From the IMG/VR virus record IMGVR_UViG_3300038393_001585, positions 709-64,708 of that record: a stretch of 64,000 bases of DNA; one strand, written 5' to 3'. The DNA comes from a virus (lineage: Duplodnaviria > Caudoviricetes). Under the pieces are notes generated by a model. That model had not been told where the DNA came from. It ran no database searches and was given only the letters and a program-made list of their open reading frames with translations. A program made the translations under genes and the position numbers. Positions 26,276-35,143 of this stretch are shown piece after piece (the first letter of the stretch is position 1; the number at the start of each line of letters is the position of its first letter).

Positions 26276-26887
26276 GTGATGGACGCCTGCCTGATCTGCC
26301 GCCGCGACCTCCGCGACTACGAGACCGGCCGGTACTCGTGCCTCATCTGCCAAGACCGCGGGATAGCCATGCTCCGCGCAATGCCCGGCCTGTACGAGCA
26401 GCTCGGCGACCTCCTGCAGCCCGGCTCCGGACAGGGCGGAGGACGCGTCTCCGGCAGCAAGACGGCGCCCCTGCCCTGCTCCACCGAAATCCTCAACCTG
26501 CGCTCCCGCGGCGGCCTCGTCACCATCCTCGCCAGCTGGGAAGACGCCATCCGCGACGAACTCGGCTACACCGCCGCCACCTTCCGCGGCAACTACCAGC
26601 AGACCCTGGCCGGTGTCGTCGCGTTCCTCGCCGGCAACGCGCCCTGGATCTACGCCTCGTTCGCGGCCGTCGACGAGATGCACGAAGAATTGCGGCGCTA
26701 CCACGGGCAGGCCAGGGCGCTCGCCGAAGGGGAACGCGGGCCGCGGCAGTTCGGCGTCGTCTGCGCATGCGGAGCCGTCCTCAGCATCAGCCTGGAGACA
26801 CCCGGCAAGCAGTGCCGAAGCTGCGGGGAGCAGTACGGGCTGCAGGAACTCCGGCGGCTGCCGCTCGCTGCCCGATCTGCGGCATGA
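26276..26887 (+). CDS. Zn-ribbon protein, putative late regulator
   Basis: CxxC...CxxC N-terminus, APLPC...LASWE, C-terminal CAC...CRSCG; last early-operon gene. Confidence 0.6.
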   Translation: MMDACLICRRDLRDYETGRYSCLICQDRGIAMLRAMPGLYEQLGDLLQPGSGQGGGRVSGSKTAPLPCSTEILNLRSRGGLVTILASWEDAIRDELGYTAATFRGNYQQTLAGVVAFLAGNAPWIYASFAAVDEMHEELRRYHGQARALAEGERGPRQFGVVCACGAVLSISLETPGKQCRSCGEQYGLQELRRLPLAARSAA

Positions 26888-26915
26888 TGCCCACCCGCAA
26901 CCCGAGGGGGGACCA

Positions 26916-27326
26916 ATGGCAACGGAGCGGGAACGTGCAGCCTTCATCGGCTACCTCGTCTTCGCGATACCTCTCGTAGCCATCGGCTTCTGGATCGCCA
27001 ACACCGGGCCCACCACCGACCCGCCGGACTACACAACGCCCAGCGAGCCAGCCGTCACCTGGACGCCAGAGCCCCCGGTGAGCATTCCTGACAGTCCATC
27101 CTCTGCCCAGCAGGACTGCGGAGACGGCACCGATGGCACGTGGGCCGAATGCTGGCAGCGGGCGCACGACCGGGCCGTCGCACGGCTACGGACGGCCTGG
27201 CCCACCCCATCGACTCCGGTAACCGTGCCATCGCTCGCCCCGCCCGCCCTCACCGTCTGCGCAGACGGCAGTATCAGCCACTCCACAGGCAGCGGCACCT
27301 GCTCCTGGCACGGCGGCATCGGCTGA
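26916..27326 (+). CDS. Membrane-anchored DUF3761-like protein
   Basis: N-terminal TM, Pro/Thr linker, VCADGSISHSTGSGTCSWHGG. Confidence 0.65.
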   Translation: MATERERAAFIGYLVFAIPLVAIGFWIANTGPTTDPPDYTTPSEPAVTWTPEPPVSIPDSPSSAQQDCGDGTDGTWAECWQRAHDRAVARLRTAWPTPSTPVTVPSLAPPALTVCADGSISHSTGSGTCSWHGGIG

Positions 27327-27331
27327 ACGAC

Positions 27332-27364
27332 GAAGGCGCCCACCCAGCCCGGGTGGGCGCCTTC
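27332..27364. terminator. Bidirectional terminator
   Basis: 14-bp stem GAAGGCGCCCACCC / GGGTGGGCGCCTTC between convergent genes. Confidence 0.75.
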
Positions 27365-27376
27365 ACGCATGTCCGG

Positions 27377-27703
27377 CTACGGCACCCATCGGCCCGTGCA
27401 CGCCAGGCAGATCATCGATGTACTCCAAGCGCCGTGTGCCGCCTCCCACCGGGCCACCCGCTGCTGCATCACCGCACCCCACACCAGCCCGCCGGCCGCG
27501 GCGAGCAACCCGAGCAGGACGCTGCTCGTCGCCATCAACGCGATCCCGACCGCGATCACACCCAGCACCAGCACATACTGCGCCTCCACCGCTGCGGGTG
27601 GCGCGTACCGGCCCTTCAACGGCGAATCCGACGGCAGCGACTCCCAGTAGTGCGGAAGGTGCTCAACGTTCGACGAACCGCACTTCGCGCTCGGGCACTT
27701 CAC
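27377..27703 (-). CDS. Two-TM membrane protein with terminal Cys pairs
   Basis: CPSAKC N-terminus, two hydrophobic helices, CLAC C-terminus. Confidence 0.65.
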   Translation of the reverse strand: MKCPSAKCGSSNVEHLPHYWESLPSDSPLKGRYAPPAAVEAQYVLVLGVIAVGIALMATSSVLLGLLAAAGGLVWGAVMQQRVARWEAAHGAWSTSMICLACTGRWVP

Positions 27704-27825
27704 TACAACCCCCCACAGGTCAGACAGTTGAAGCCCGCAGCATCTGCGGAACGTCCGACTCCATCAAGGGCGCACACGGCGAAGCCCCGTCCGTGCACGA
27801 CGGACGGGGCGGGAGTGGCTGTTGA

Positions 27826-28131
27826 TCAGGCAGTGGGGCGCATCTCTGTCAGCTGGTACAGCTCCGGCAGCTCGGGCATCGGCACTCGCAGCGCCTGCCC
27901 GAGCATCGCGCGGGCCACGATCTCCCACTCCGCCTCCGGGCGGCCGGCCGGGCGAACGAACAGCAGGCTGCCGTCGCCGCGGACGTAGGCGCCGCCGGTG
28001 AAGCGGGGGCCAGCCTTCAGAACGCTGACGTCGATGGCGAACTCGGCGAGGAGCTGGGGGAGCGGGGTATCGAGCAGGTGATCTGTCGACAAAGCGGTCG
28101 GCGTTAAACGGGCAGGGGCTGCTACCGTCAT
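27826..28131 (-). CDS. Hypothetical protein (ImmA-like, no HEXXH) with TTA codon
   Basis: FTGGAYV...LLFV..AGRP..E.EIVARAMLG; codon 9 is TTA (28107-28105). Confidence 0.55.
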   Translation of the reverse strand: MTVAAPARLTPTALSTDHLLDTPLPQLLAEFAIDVSVLKAGPRFTGGAYVRGDGSLLFVRPAGRPEAEWEIVARAMLGQALRVPMPELPELYQLTEMRPTA

Positions 28132-28230
28132 GGAGAACTCCATCCTTCGCAGGGTTGGGTTGTTGATCGGCGAGTCGCCACTCGCCGGTCGAACTGGCCG
28201 GGCGGTCGCCACCGCTCGGCCGTTCGCGTT

Positions 28231-28641
28231 TCAGTGCGGCAGTACCTCGTCGAGGTACTCCTGCACCGGTTCGAACAGGCCGTAGGGCACCAGCTTCGGG
28301 ATCTCGTCGTGGGCGACCCAGGCGACCAGGTCGAGTTCGTCGGCGTCCGCGACGCGTGCCTCTCCCGAGATCACCTCGCAGGCCGTGTAAGCCATGAACT
28401 TCTTCGTCTTCGGGTGCACGCGGTCGCCGATGTACCTGACCGCCTTCACGACGAGGCCGGTCTCCTCGAGCGTCTCCCGCACGGCTGCCTGCTCCGCCGT
28501 CTCTCCCTCTTCGACACCTCCAGCCGGGAACTGCCAGCTGAGTTCGCCCTCCTTCACGCGGCGGCGAACCATCAAGACACGGCCGCCGTCGGTGATGATC
28601 GCGGCGCTGACGTCGGGCGTGGTCGTCGTCTCGGTGGTCAT
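28231..28641 (-). CDS. Nudix hydrolase (Pif-like)
   Basis: Perfect Nudix box G-GVEEG-E-TAEQAAV-RETLEETGL. Confidence 0.9.
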   Translation of the reverse strand: MTTETTTTPDVSAAIITDGGRVLMVRRRVKEGELSWQFPAGGVEEGETAEQAAVRETLEETGLVVKAVRYIGDRVHPKTKKFMAYTACEVISGEARVADADELDLVAWVAHDEIPKLVPYGLFEPVQEYLDEVLPH

Positions 28642-29273
28642 ACCGTTGCCTCCAGGGCATTGAGGATCGGCGGATAGATGCGGTCGGTGGGGATGTACCG
28701 GTCGAGCTCGCTTATCGGAGCCCAGGCCACGGCGACGTTCTCGGAGGAATCCCCGTTGACCGCCTCGCCGTGCACGTAATCGCAGATGAAGTAATCGCAC
28801 ATTGCGCGCGTCCTGGGATGGAGCCGTTCACCCAAATGCTCGCGGACCATGCAGTGAACCCCGGTCTCGTCCAGGGTCTCCCGTACCGCGACCTTCGACG
28901 CCAGACCGCCCGGCTTCACGATGCCGGCTGGGAACTGCCAGGCGATATCGTCGCCGTCCTGCCTGCACACGAGCAGCACGTCACCGCCGCGGCGGACCAC
29001 GGCAATCGCCACGCGCAAGGCCTGGACCTCCGGCTGCGGCGCCGCTGTCCGCGACAAATGGATGAACCGCCGGCGCACCGCATCACCTGCCCTTTCAAAG
29101 GCTGTTTCCAGGATCCGCTGCGTTTCCGGCTGGGGGATCATTGCGGGGTTCGCGCGCCATGCTGCGACGCTGCGAACCGAGACCCCGAGCTTTGCCGCGA
29201 ACGCTTCCTGGGTCATCTCGAATGCGTCCTGGAGCCAGGCGGCTTTCTGCCCGGTCCACTGTTGTCCGTCCAC
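28638..29273 (-). CDS. XRE-HTH plus degenerate Nudix fusion regulator
   Basis: MTQEAFAAKLGVSVRSVAAW HTH; WQFPAGIVKPGG...RETLDETG altered Nudix box. Confidence 0.85.
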   Translation of the reverse strand: MDGQQWTGQKAAWLQDAFEMTQEAFAAKLGVSVRSVAAWRANPAMIPQPETQRILETAFERAGDAVRRRFIHLSRTAAPQPEVQALRVAIAVVRRGGDVLLVCRQDGDDIAWQFPAGIVKPGGLASKVAVRETLDETGVHCMVREHLGERLHPRTRAMCDYFICDYVHGEAVNGDSSENVAVAWAPISELDRYIPTDRIYPPILNALEATV

Positions 29274-29316
29274 TATCGGCTCCTCGGCCGCCTTTGTGGG
29301 CCCTGCTGTAGCGGGT

Positions 29317-29363
29317 CTGCATGGTGCTGCACATCCCGCTGCAGATCACTGCATGGTGCTGCA
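29317..29363. promoter_or_regulatory. Direct-repeat operator upstream of HTH-Nudix
   Basis: CTGCATGGTGCTGCA at 29317 and 29349; TGCA at 29318, 29328, 29340, 29350, 29360. Confidence 0.55.
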
Positions 29364-29425
29364 TGAGATGTTCATGGTCTGGGCGCGCTCGCGCGCGAAG
29401 ACTCGGATGCATGCTGAAGCCACTG

Positions 29426-29671
29426 CTATCTGCCTCGCGCGATGGCCTCTGCGCGAGAGCCGCTGAAGCCGAGCATGCGGCCGACCTCAGCCCAGGTGCG
29501 TCCCTCGTACAGCGACCAGACCACGTCCCGCTGGATGTCCAGCAGGGCGCGGTCTGCGTCGGCGAGTTCGGTGCGCAGATCGCGCGCCTTCTGGAAGCGC
29601 TCGACCGGGTCGGCGATGGCCGTCACGGCGACGGTGGCGGTCTCAAGGGCATCGGTGAGCGTATCGGTCAT
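29426..29671 (-). CDS. Small C-terminal HTH protein
   Basis: GRTWAEVGRMLGFSGSRAEAIA; divergent from transfer operon. Confidence 0.7.
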   Translation of the reverse strand: MTDTLTDALETATVAVTAIADPVERFQKARDLRTELADADRALLDIQRDVVWSLYEGRTWAEVGRMLGFSGSRAEAIARGR

Positions 29672-29758
29672 GCGGCCAGAGTAGGGACCGATTCCACCCG
29701 CTTCAACCCCGTGTTGATGATCGGGTCTGATGGGTTTCAGTCTTCTGGGCGAAGGGAG

Positions 29759-29798
29759 TTGACAGCCCGTCGGGCACTCTTCAATATGGGTGTTGAAG
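29759..29798 (+). promoter_or_regulatory. Putative promoter of transfer operon
   Basis: TTGACA-17 nt-CAATAT, overlapped by inverted repeat CTTCAA-N8-TTGAAG. Confidence 0.45.
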
Positions 29799-29924
29799 CC
29801 GACGGCGCTCCACCGCCCGAAGCCTCAGCAGCCGCTCCACCGGCCGCACAAATGAAGACGGGCCGGACTCTGCGACTCCACTCGCAGGCCGGCCCTGACC
29901 ACCAGGTTCTGTAGAGGAGACCCT

Positions 29925-30209
29925 GTGGCTACCACGATCGTACAGTCGCCCCCGTGCGACGCTGACCAGGGCATGACCCTGGCCGACCGCCTCGCCCACG
30001 AGGCCGGCAGCTACGTCCGCGTCAGCCCGGATGTGCAGCGCGCCCTCACCCGCTACGGCATCTGCCTGGCCCGGGTCGCCGACCTGACCATGCGGGACCG
30101 GCTGACGGCCGCCGAGTTCGACGGCCTCGCCGACGCGCAGAAGGAGCTCGACCGGCTGCACGAGCAGCTGGAGCAGGCCGGGCAGCTCCACCTGGTGGTG
30201 GCGTCGTGA
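29925..30209 (+). CDS. Hypothetical protein (transfer operon)
   Basis: GAGGAG RBS. Confidence 0.6.
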   Translation: MATTIVQSPPCDADQGMTLADRLAHEAGSYVRVSPDVQRALTRYGICLARVADLTMRDRLTAAEFDGLADAQKELDRLHEQLEQAGQLHLVVAS

Positions 30210-30367
30210 GCCGCCGCATCCTCGCCGAGTTCCCGGCCGGTGGGCCGCGCGGCTCCTGGCCGGCGGAAGAGAAGGCAGCAGAGCTGACCGCACAGGGCCA
30301 GCCCGCCACCGTCCGCCAGGACATCACCCGCGACGTGTTCATAGTGGTTCCGGAGCGTGAGTCGTGA
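30206..30367 (+). CDS. Small hypothetical protein
   Basis: GTGA overlap; MSRRILAEFPAGGPRGSWPAEE... Confidence 0.5.
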   Translation: MSRRILAEFPAGGPRGSWPAEEKAAELTAQGQPATVRQDITRDVFIVVPERES

Positions 30368-30555
30368 CCGCCGACCTGGAGCGTCTCACCGCCGCGCAGA
30401 CGAAGGCCTACGAACTGGTCGCCGCGATCGCTGAGGCCCCGGAGCCGGGTCGGCACCTGCGGGTGGCGATCACGGACCCCGAGACCGAGCAGCGGCTCGC
30501 GACCTGCTTCGTCAACTACGAGACCGCCCGATCCCTGCGGCTGGTTACGTCGTGA
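30364..30555 (+). CDS. Small hypothetical protein
   Basis: GTGA overlap. Confidence 0.55.
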   Translation: MTADLERLTAAQTKAYELVAAIAEAPEPGRHLRVAITDPETEQRLATCFVNYETARSLRLVTS

Positions 30556-30737
30556 CCGCCGAAGAGCACGCGGAGCTGTCCCGGAAGCTCGCCGAACTCA
30601 ACCGGCAGAGCTCCAACCGGCCCAAGTAGGGCCCCACCGACCGCCGCGCTGACGGCATCCATCCATCCCCCGCCACCACCGTCAGCGCGGCCTCCCACCC
30701 CATCCCAGCCCCACCTGACCAGTGAGGAAGACCAGCC

Positions 30738-30974
30738 ATGCCCCCGTTCCTGTTCGACGGCGACCTCGCCGTCACCAAGCTCGGTTCCCGCCGCCGCGCT
30801 TCGATCACCGTGGCCGCTGCGACCGACGACTACGCCGCCCAGCTGATCTCCGAGTACCTGACCGCCATGAAGGCCGGCCGCCACGAGGAGATGCTGCTGA
30901 TCCGCGACCAGGCCTCCGCGATCCACGGCCTCGTCGACGAGCTCGACGGCTTCGACTACCCCGCCGCCGCCTGA
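30738..30974 (+). CDS. Small hypothetical protein
   Basis: GAGGA RBS. Confidence 0.55.
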   Translation: MPPFLFDGDLAVTKLGSRRRASITVAAATDDYAAQLISEYLTAMKAGRHEEMLLIRDQASAIHGLVDELDGFDYPAAA

Positions 30975-31011
30975 CCCACTCACCCACTCCCATCTCCGAG
31001 AGGACATTCCG

Positions 31012-31233
31012 ATGCTGAAGACCATCCGCCGCCGCCACCGTCTGGGGCTCGCCGCCGCGAACCGCGAGTGGATGAACGAGCGCCTGGACAACGTCGCCAG
31101 GCTCGTCGAGCAGATCCGCGAGCTCCCGGCGGGCGTGTCGGCGAAGGAACTGGCCGGCCAGCTGCTCACCGAGGCCGAAGAGGTGGCCGTCCGCGCGACC
31201 TACGTCGACGAACTGACCGCGAAGGCCGCCTGA
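31012..31233 (+). CDS. Small hypothetical protein
   Basis: GAGAGGA RBS. Confidence 0.55.
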   Translation: MLKTIRRRHRLGLAAANREWMNERLDNVARLVEQIRELPAGVSAKELAGQLLTEAEEVAVRATYVDELTAKAA

Positions 31234-31240
31234 CCCACCG

Positions 31241-31289
31241 GCCCCGGACCAGCCGCGAGGTGCCGGATCGAATCCGGCCCGGGGCGCCA
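31241..31289 (+). ncRNA. tRNA-like minihelix (acceptor stem, T-arm and CCA; no D or anticodon arm)
   Basis: GCCCCGG / CCGGGGC 7-bp stem, GCCGG-ATCGAAT-CCGGC T-arm, G discriminator, CCA. Confidence 0.6.
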
Positions 31290-31329
31290 ACCGCCACCCA
31301 CCATCCGTCCCGACCCCAGTGAGGTCGTC

Positions 31330-31521
31330 ATGCCCCGTTTCATCCTCTGGGCGCTCCTCGCCCTCTACCTGCTCGTTGTCGGCCTGTTCCCGGCCGCAGC
31401 CGCTCCGGTCGTTCTGGCCGCCGCGGGTGCCGGGATCGTCCTGGCGAAGCTCCCGCTGCTCGCCGTGGCCGGCGCCGTTGCCCTGTACCTCCGCCGTCCC
31501 GCCCGACCCGCTACCGCCTGA
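31330..31521 (+). CDS. Small Spd-like membrane protein
   Basis: 63 aa, almost entirely hydrophobic, upstream of traB-like gene. Confidence 0.6.
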   Translation: MPRFILWALLALYLLVVGLFPAAAAPVVLAAAGAGIVLAKLPLLAVAGAVALYLRRPARPATA

Positions 31522-31536
31522 AGGGACTGATCACCC

Positions 31537-32823
31537 GTGACCGCCATGCCCATCGAGAAGGTCAACGGCCACACCGTTGCCTCCCATGCTGAGCCGCGTA
31601 TCGATCCGCGTGCCGCAGCCGAGGTGGAGGCGATCCGGGCTCGCACCGCCGCCGAGACCAAGGCTCTCCTGACCGAAGCCGAGGGGAACAAGGCCCTGGC
31701 GCTCGAGCAGGCGAACCAGCTGCGACTGGAGAACGAGAAGCAGCAGCTCGCCAACGAGCGGGCCGCGCTCCGGTTCGAGCGCGAGAAGGCTGAGCAGCTC
31801 GCCAAGATCGCTGAGGCGAACACGAAGCAGGAAGCCGCGGAGCGCGCCGCTCGTGCCGCCCGCGAAGCCGACGACGCCCAGCGCGCCGAAGAGCAGAAGC
31901 AGGCCGCCGAGGTCGCCCAGGCGGACGACCGGTGGCGCCGGTACGCGCTCACCTTCTACGTGGTGTGCGCGATCGTGGCCCTGCCAGTGCAGGTTGCCGC
32001 GTTTTGGAGCCCGCGCGCCCCGTGGTTGATCGCCGCCCCGCTGATGCTCGAAGGCGGCGCCTGGGTCGTCCTCAAGGGCGCCGCCGCGGCGGTCGCCAAC
32101 CATCGGCCGCACTGGCACTACAGGCTCATCGCCTGGCTGCTCGCCGCGATCGCCGCCTGCATCAACCTGTGGCACGGCCTCAACGCGTTCGACCCGGCGA
32201 CCGCCATCGGCACCGCATTCGCCTCCATCGCCGGACCTGGCGTGTGGGACCTCCACGAGCACGGCCGCATCCGGAAGCGGGACGGCGTCCTCACCCGCAA
32301 GGAGCGCCGCGCGCAGCGGAAGGCCGAACAGGCTGAGGCCGCGCGGAAGGCCGCTGAGGAGAAGCGGCGTGCCGCCGAGAAGGAGGCCGCCGACAAGGCC
32401 GCGGCGGAGGCGCGGAAGCAGCTGGACGAGGCGCGGGCGAAGGCCTTCCCGAAGGTGTGGGAGCACGCCCTGAAGATCGCTGCCGCGCTCGGCGAGACGA
32501 CCGTCACTGAGTCCGTGTGGAAGCGCGCGCACCGCGACGTCGAGGGCGCCGACCCGTCCGAGTCCGCGGAGATTATCCGACTGCGCAACGCCGCCGAAGC
32601 GAGGGTCGAAGCGGCCCGCCAACAGCGCCCCGTCAGCACCGTCAGCAAGACCACGAACGCGCAGCGTGCATCGCAAGTGCCCGGGTCGAAGAAGCCCCGC
32701 GTCTACAACCCGCCCGCGCGCCGCGGCACCCGCACCAAGGGCGATGTGAAGTACACGCCCGCAGCCCGTCGCCAGGCCTCCATCACCGCCCGCCAGACCG
32801 CCGCCCAGAAGGACCAGACGTGA
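31537..32823 (+). CDS. SpdB2/DUF2637-like coiled-coil plus multi-TM transfer protein
   Basis: Long coiled coil, four hydrophobic segments, second coiled coil, basic tail; coupled to FtsK gene. Confidence 0.65.
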   Translation: MTAMPIEKVNGHTVASHAEPRIDPRAAAEVEAIRARTAAETKALLTEAEGNKALALEQANQLRLENEKQQLANERAALRFEREKAEQLAKIAEANTKQEAAERAARAAREADDAQRAEEQKQAAEVAQADDRWRRYALTFYVVCAIVALPVQVAAFWSPRAPWLIAAPLMLEGGAWVVLKGAAAAVANHRPHWHYRLIAWLLAAIAACINLWHGLNAFDPATAIGTAFASIAGPGVWDLHEHGRIRKRDGVLTRKERRAQRKAEQAEAARKAAEEKRRAAEKEAADKAAAEARKQLDEARAKAFPKVWEHALKIAAALGETTVTESVWKRAHRDVEGADPSESAEIIRLRNAAEARVEAARQQRPVSTVSKTTNAQRASQVPGSKKPRVYNPPARRGTRTKGDVKYTPAARRQASITARQTAAQKDQT

Positions 32824-34952
32824 GCATCGAGACGACCCCCAGCAGCAGCAACGACCCCGAGTGGGAGCGGCTCGTCGCCGGCTACCTCAACGAGCCGGTC
32901 AAGGAGCCCGCCATGCAGTCCGCCGGCGGCTCCGTCGTGAAGCCGTCGCTGCCCGCCGACCCGATGGGCGACACCCCGCTCACCCCCGCCTGGACGAAGA
33001 CCCGCGCCGGCTGGAAGAGCCGCACCCAGCTCGGCCGCGTCAACACCGTCCGCGGCTTCCGCAAGTGGCTGCGCCGTCAGACCACCCGGCACGGGCAGCC
33101 CGCGCAGATCTACCGAGGCACCGCCCGCGTCATCGTCTGGGTCCGCGGCGTCGAAGGCGTCGAAGTCGCCAAGGCCAAGCACGAAGCGCGCCGCGCCCAC
33201 CAGGAATACCGGCAGGCGCAGTGGGCCAACGGCAAGCGGCTCATGCCCGGCAGCGCCAAGGACAAGCTGTCCAAGGAGATGGATAAGGCCGCCGACGAGT
33301 CCGAGCGGGCCATGAGCAAGTACCGCAAGGCCCGCAAGGACGCCCGCACCCTGCAGTCCCTGCGCGCCGCCGCGGCCCTCACCCCGCTCGCCGCCGTCGA
33401 AGGCGCCGGCCTGTACCTGGGCGGTGGCCCCGGTGGCATCCTTGCCGCCGGCCTCACCCTCACCGGGCTCGCCCTCATCGGTCGCCGCACCAGCACGGGC
33501 GAACTGTGGTCGGACCGCGACGCGAAGATCGGCGACGGCGACCGGATGACCGAGACCATGCTGAACCGGGTCTACCAGGACGCCAAGGTCATCGGATCCG
33601 ACGACGTGCTGAAGCTGGTCACCCCGTGCACGCTCACCGCCGACGGGCAGGCCTGGCAGGTCGTGTTCGCTCTGCCGTCTGGGATCCCCGCGAAGAAGGC
33701 GCTCGGTGCACGTGACGGCCTCGCCAACGGCTTCGGTGTGTCCGCACAGCAGATCCACCAGACCCGAGGCGACCGCGAAGACCGCATACACCTCCGCGTC
33801 TCCCTGAAGCTGCCGTTCTCCGCCAAGCCCGGCAAGGGACCCCTCCTCGAAGCCGAGCGGGTCAACCTGTGGCAGCCCATCCCCATGGGCATCAACCTGC
33901 GCGGCGAGCCGGTATCCACGTCGTGGGTGGAGCGGTCCGGCCTGTTCGGCGGTGAGCCGGGAGCCGGGAAGTCCGCCGCGGCCAACGGTCTGCTCCTCGC
34001 CGCCGCCCTCGACCCGACCGTCCGCATGTACCTCGCCGACGGCAAGGCCGGCGCGGACATCACCCCGTTCGAGCCGATCGCCACCATGTACGACACCGAC
34101 GGCGATCCGGCCCGGCTCCTCGAAATCCTCGAGCACATCTGGGACGTGGAGATCAAGGAGCGTCGGGCGCTCGCCAAGGAGCACGGCTCCCGGAAGTTGA
34201 CCGAGGCCATGGCCGCCGCGGACCCGCGGGTTTGCCAGGCCGTCCTGCTGGTCGACGAGTGGTCGTCCTACGGTGCCGCCGCCGACCAGAAGACCCGGCA
34301 GGAGATGGAGCGGCTGCTCCGGCTGATCGTGCAGCAGGGCCGTGCGCTCGGCATCATCACACTGGCCGCCACCCAGAAGCCAGACAGCGACTCCGTGCCG
34401 ACCGGCATCCGCGACATCCTGTCCATCCGCTGGGCGATGCGCTGCCTCACCCCGCAGGCCTCCGACACGATCCTCGGCCAGGGGTACGCCTCCGCTGGGC
34501 ACAACGCGCAGGACATCCTGAAGTCGCAGCGCGGGGTGGGCATCTACATGGACGGTGAGGGCGCCGAGCCCGAGCTGGCCCGCGGCCACTACTACGACGA
34601 CGACGAGGTAGAGGCGATCCTGCGTCGGGCCTACGCGCTGCGGCAGGAAGCCGGCACGCTGCCCGTCGTCGCCGAGCCAGAGGTGACGATCCTCGACCAC
34701 CTCATCAAGGCTGCGTCCGCGACCGGCCGGGGCAACGTGACCCGCGCGGAGGTCTTCGCCTACCTCGCTGGCGTCGATGAGGAGTTCGTCCAGGCCGACG
34801 ACGAGAGCGACGCGCGCTACGCCTCCCGGGCCGGGACCGCCCTGAAGGACCGGCTCGCCGAACTCGAGGTCGACGTGCCGGCGGTGCAGTTCCCGCACGA
34901 CGGCAAGCGCGTGTGGGGCTGGACCCTGGACGCGCTCCAGAACGCCCGGTAA
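32820..34952 (+). CDS. traB: TraB-like FtsK/SpoIIIE DNA translocase
   Basis: Central TM pair, Walker A GEPGAGKS, Walker B LLVDEW, GRALGI..LAATQKP, C-terminal wHTH-like domain. Confidence 0.85.
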   Translation: MSIETTPSSSNDPEWERLVAGYLNEPVKEPAMQSAGGSVVKPSLPADPMGDTPLTPAWTKTRAGWKSRTQLGRVNTVRGFRKWLRRQTTRHGQPAQIYRGTARVIVWVRGVEGVEVAKAKHEARRAHQEYRQAQWANGKRLMPGSAKDKLSKEMDKAADESERAMSKYRKARKDARTLQSLRAAAALTPLAAVEGAGLYLGGGPGGILAAGLTLTGLALIGRRTSTGELWSDRDAKIGDGDRMTETMLNRVYQDAKVIGSDDVLKLVTPCTLTADGQAWQVVFALPSGIPAKKALGARDGLANGFGVSAQQIHQTRGDREDRIHLRVSLKLPFSAKPGKGPLLEAERVNLWQPIPMGINLRGEPVSTSWVERSGLFGGEPGAGKSAAANGLLLAAALDPTVRMYLADGKAGADITPFEPIATMYDTDGDPARLLEILEHIWDVEIKERRALAKEHGSRKLTEAMAAADPRVCQAVLLVDEWSSYGAAADQKTRQEMERLLRLIVQQGRALGIITLAATQKPDSDSVPTGIRDILSIRWAMRCLTPQASDTILGQGYASAGHNAQDILKSQRGVGIYMDGEGAEPELARGHYYDDDEVEAILRRAYALRQEAGTLPVVAEPEVTILDHLIKAASATGRGNVTRAEVFAYLAGVDEEFVQADDESDARYASRAGTALKDRLAELEVDVPAVQFPHDGKRVWGWTLDALQNAR

Positions 34953-35007
34953 ATCCCATTCGCCCCTATGTGTCTGCACCGTTATGACCGTGTATGGCCA
35001 TATGTGA

Positions 35008-35123
35008 CCCCTGTGCGGAGTCGCCTCCACCCTGTGCACGCCGCACAGGGCGACAGGCCCTCGCACAGGGGCCCGCACACCCCCCGACCTGCAACTTCAC
35101 CGCCCCGCACAGCCCGCGCACAC
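35008..35123. repeat. clt-like locus (TraB recognition repeats)
   Basis: GCACAGGG exact x4 (inverted 35009 and 35030; direct 35043 and 35063) plus CGCACA variants, directly after traB. Confidence 0.6.
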
Positions 35124-35143
35124 CCCACCGACCGGAGATCCCG

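Noticed and set aside
31241-31289. Canonical tRNA gene
   Set aside because: Only 14 nt between acceptor and T-arm, with no anticodon arm; reported as a tRNA-like element instead.
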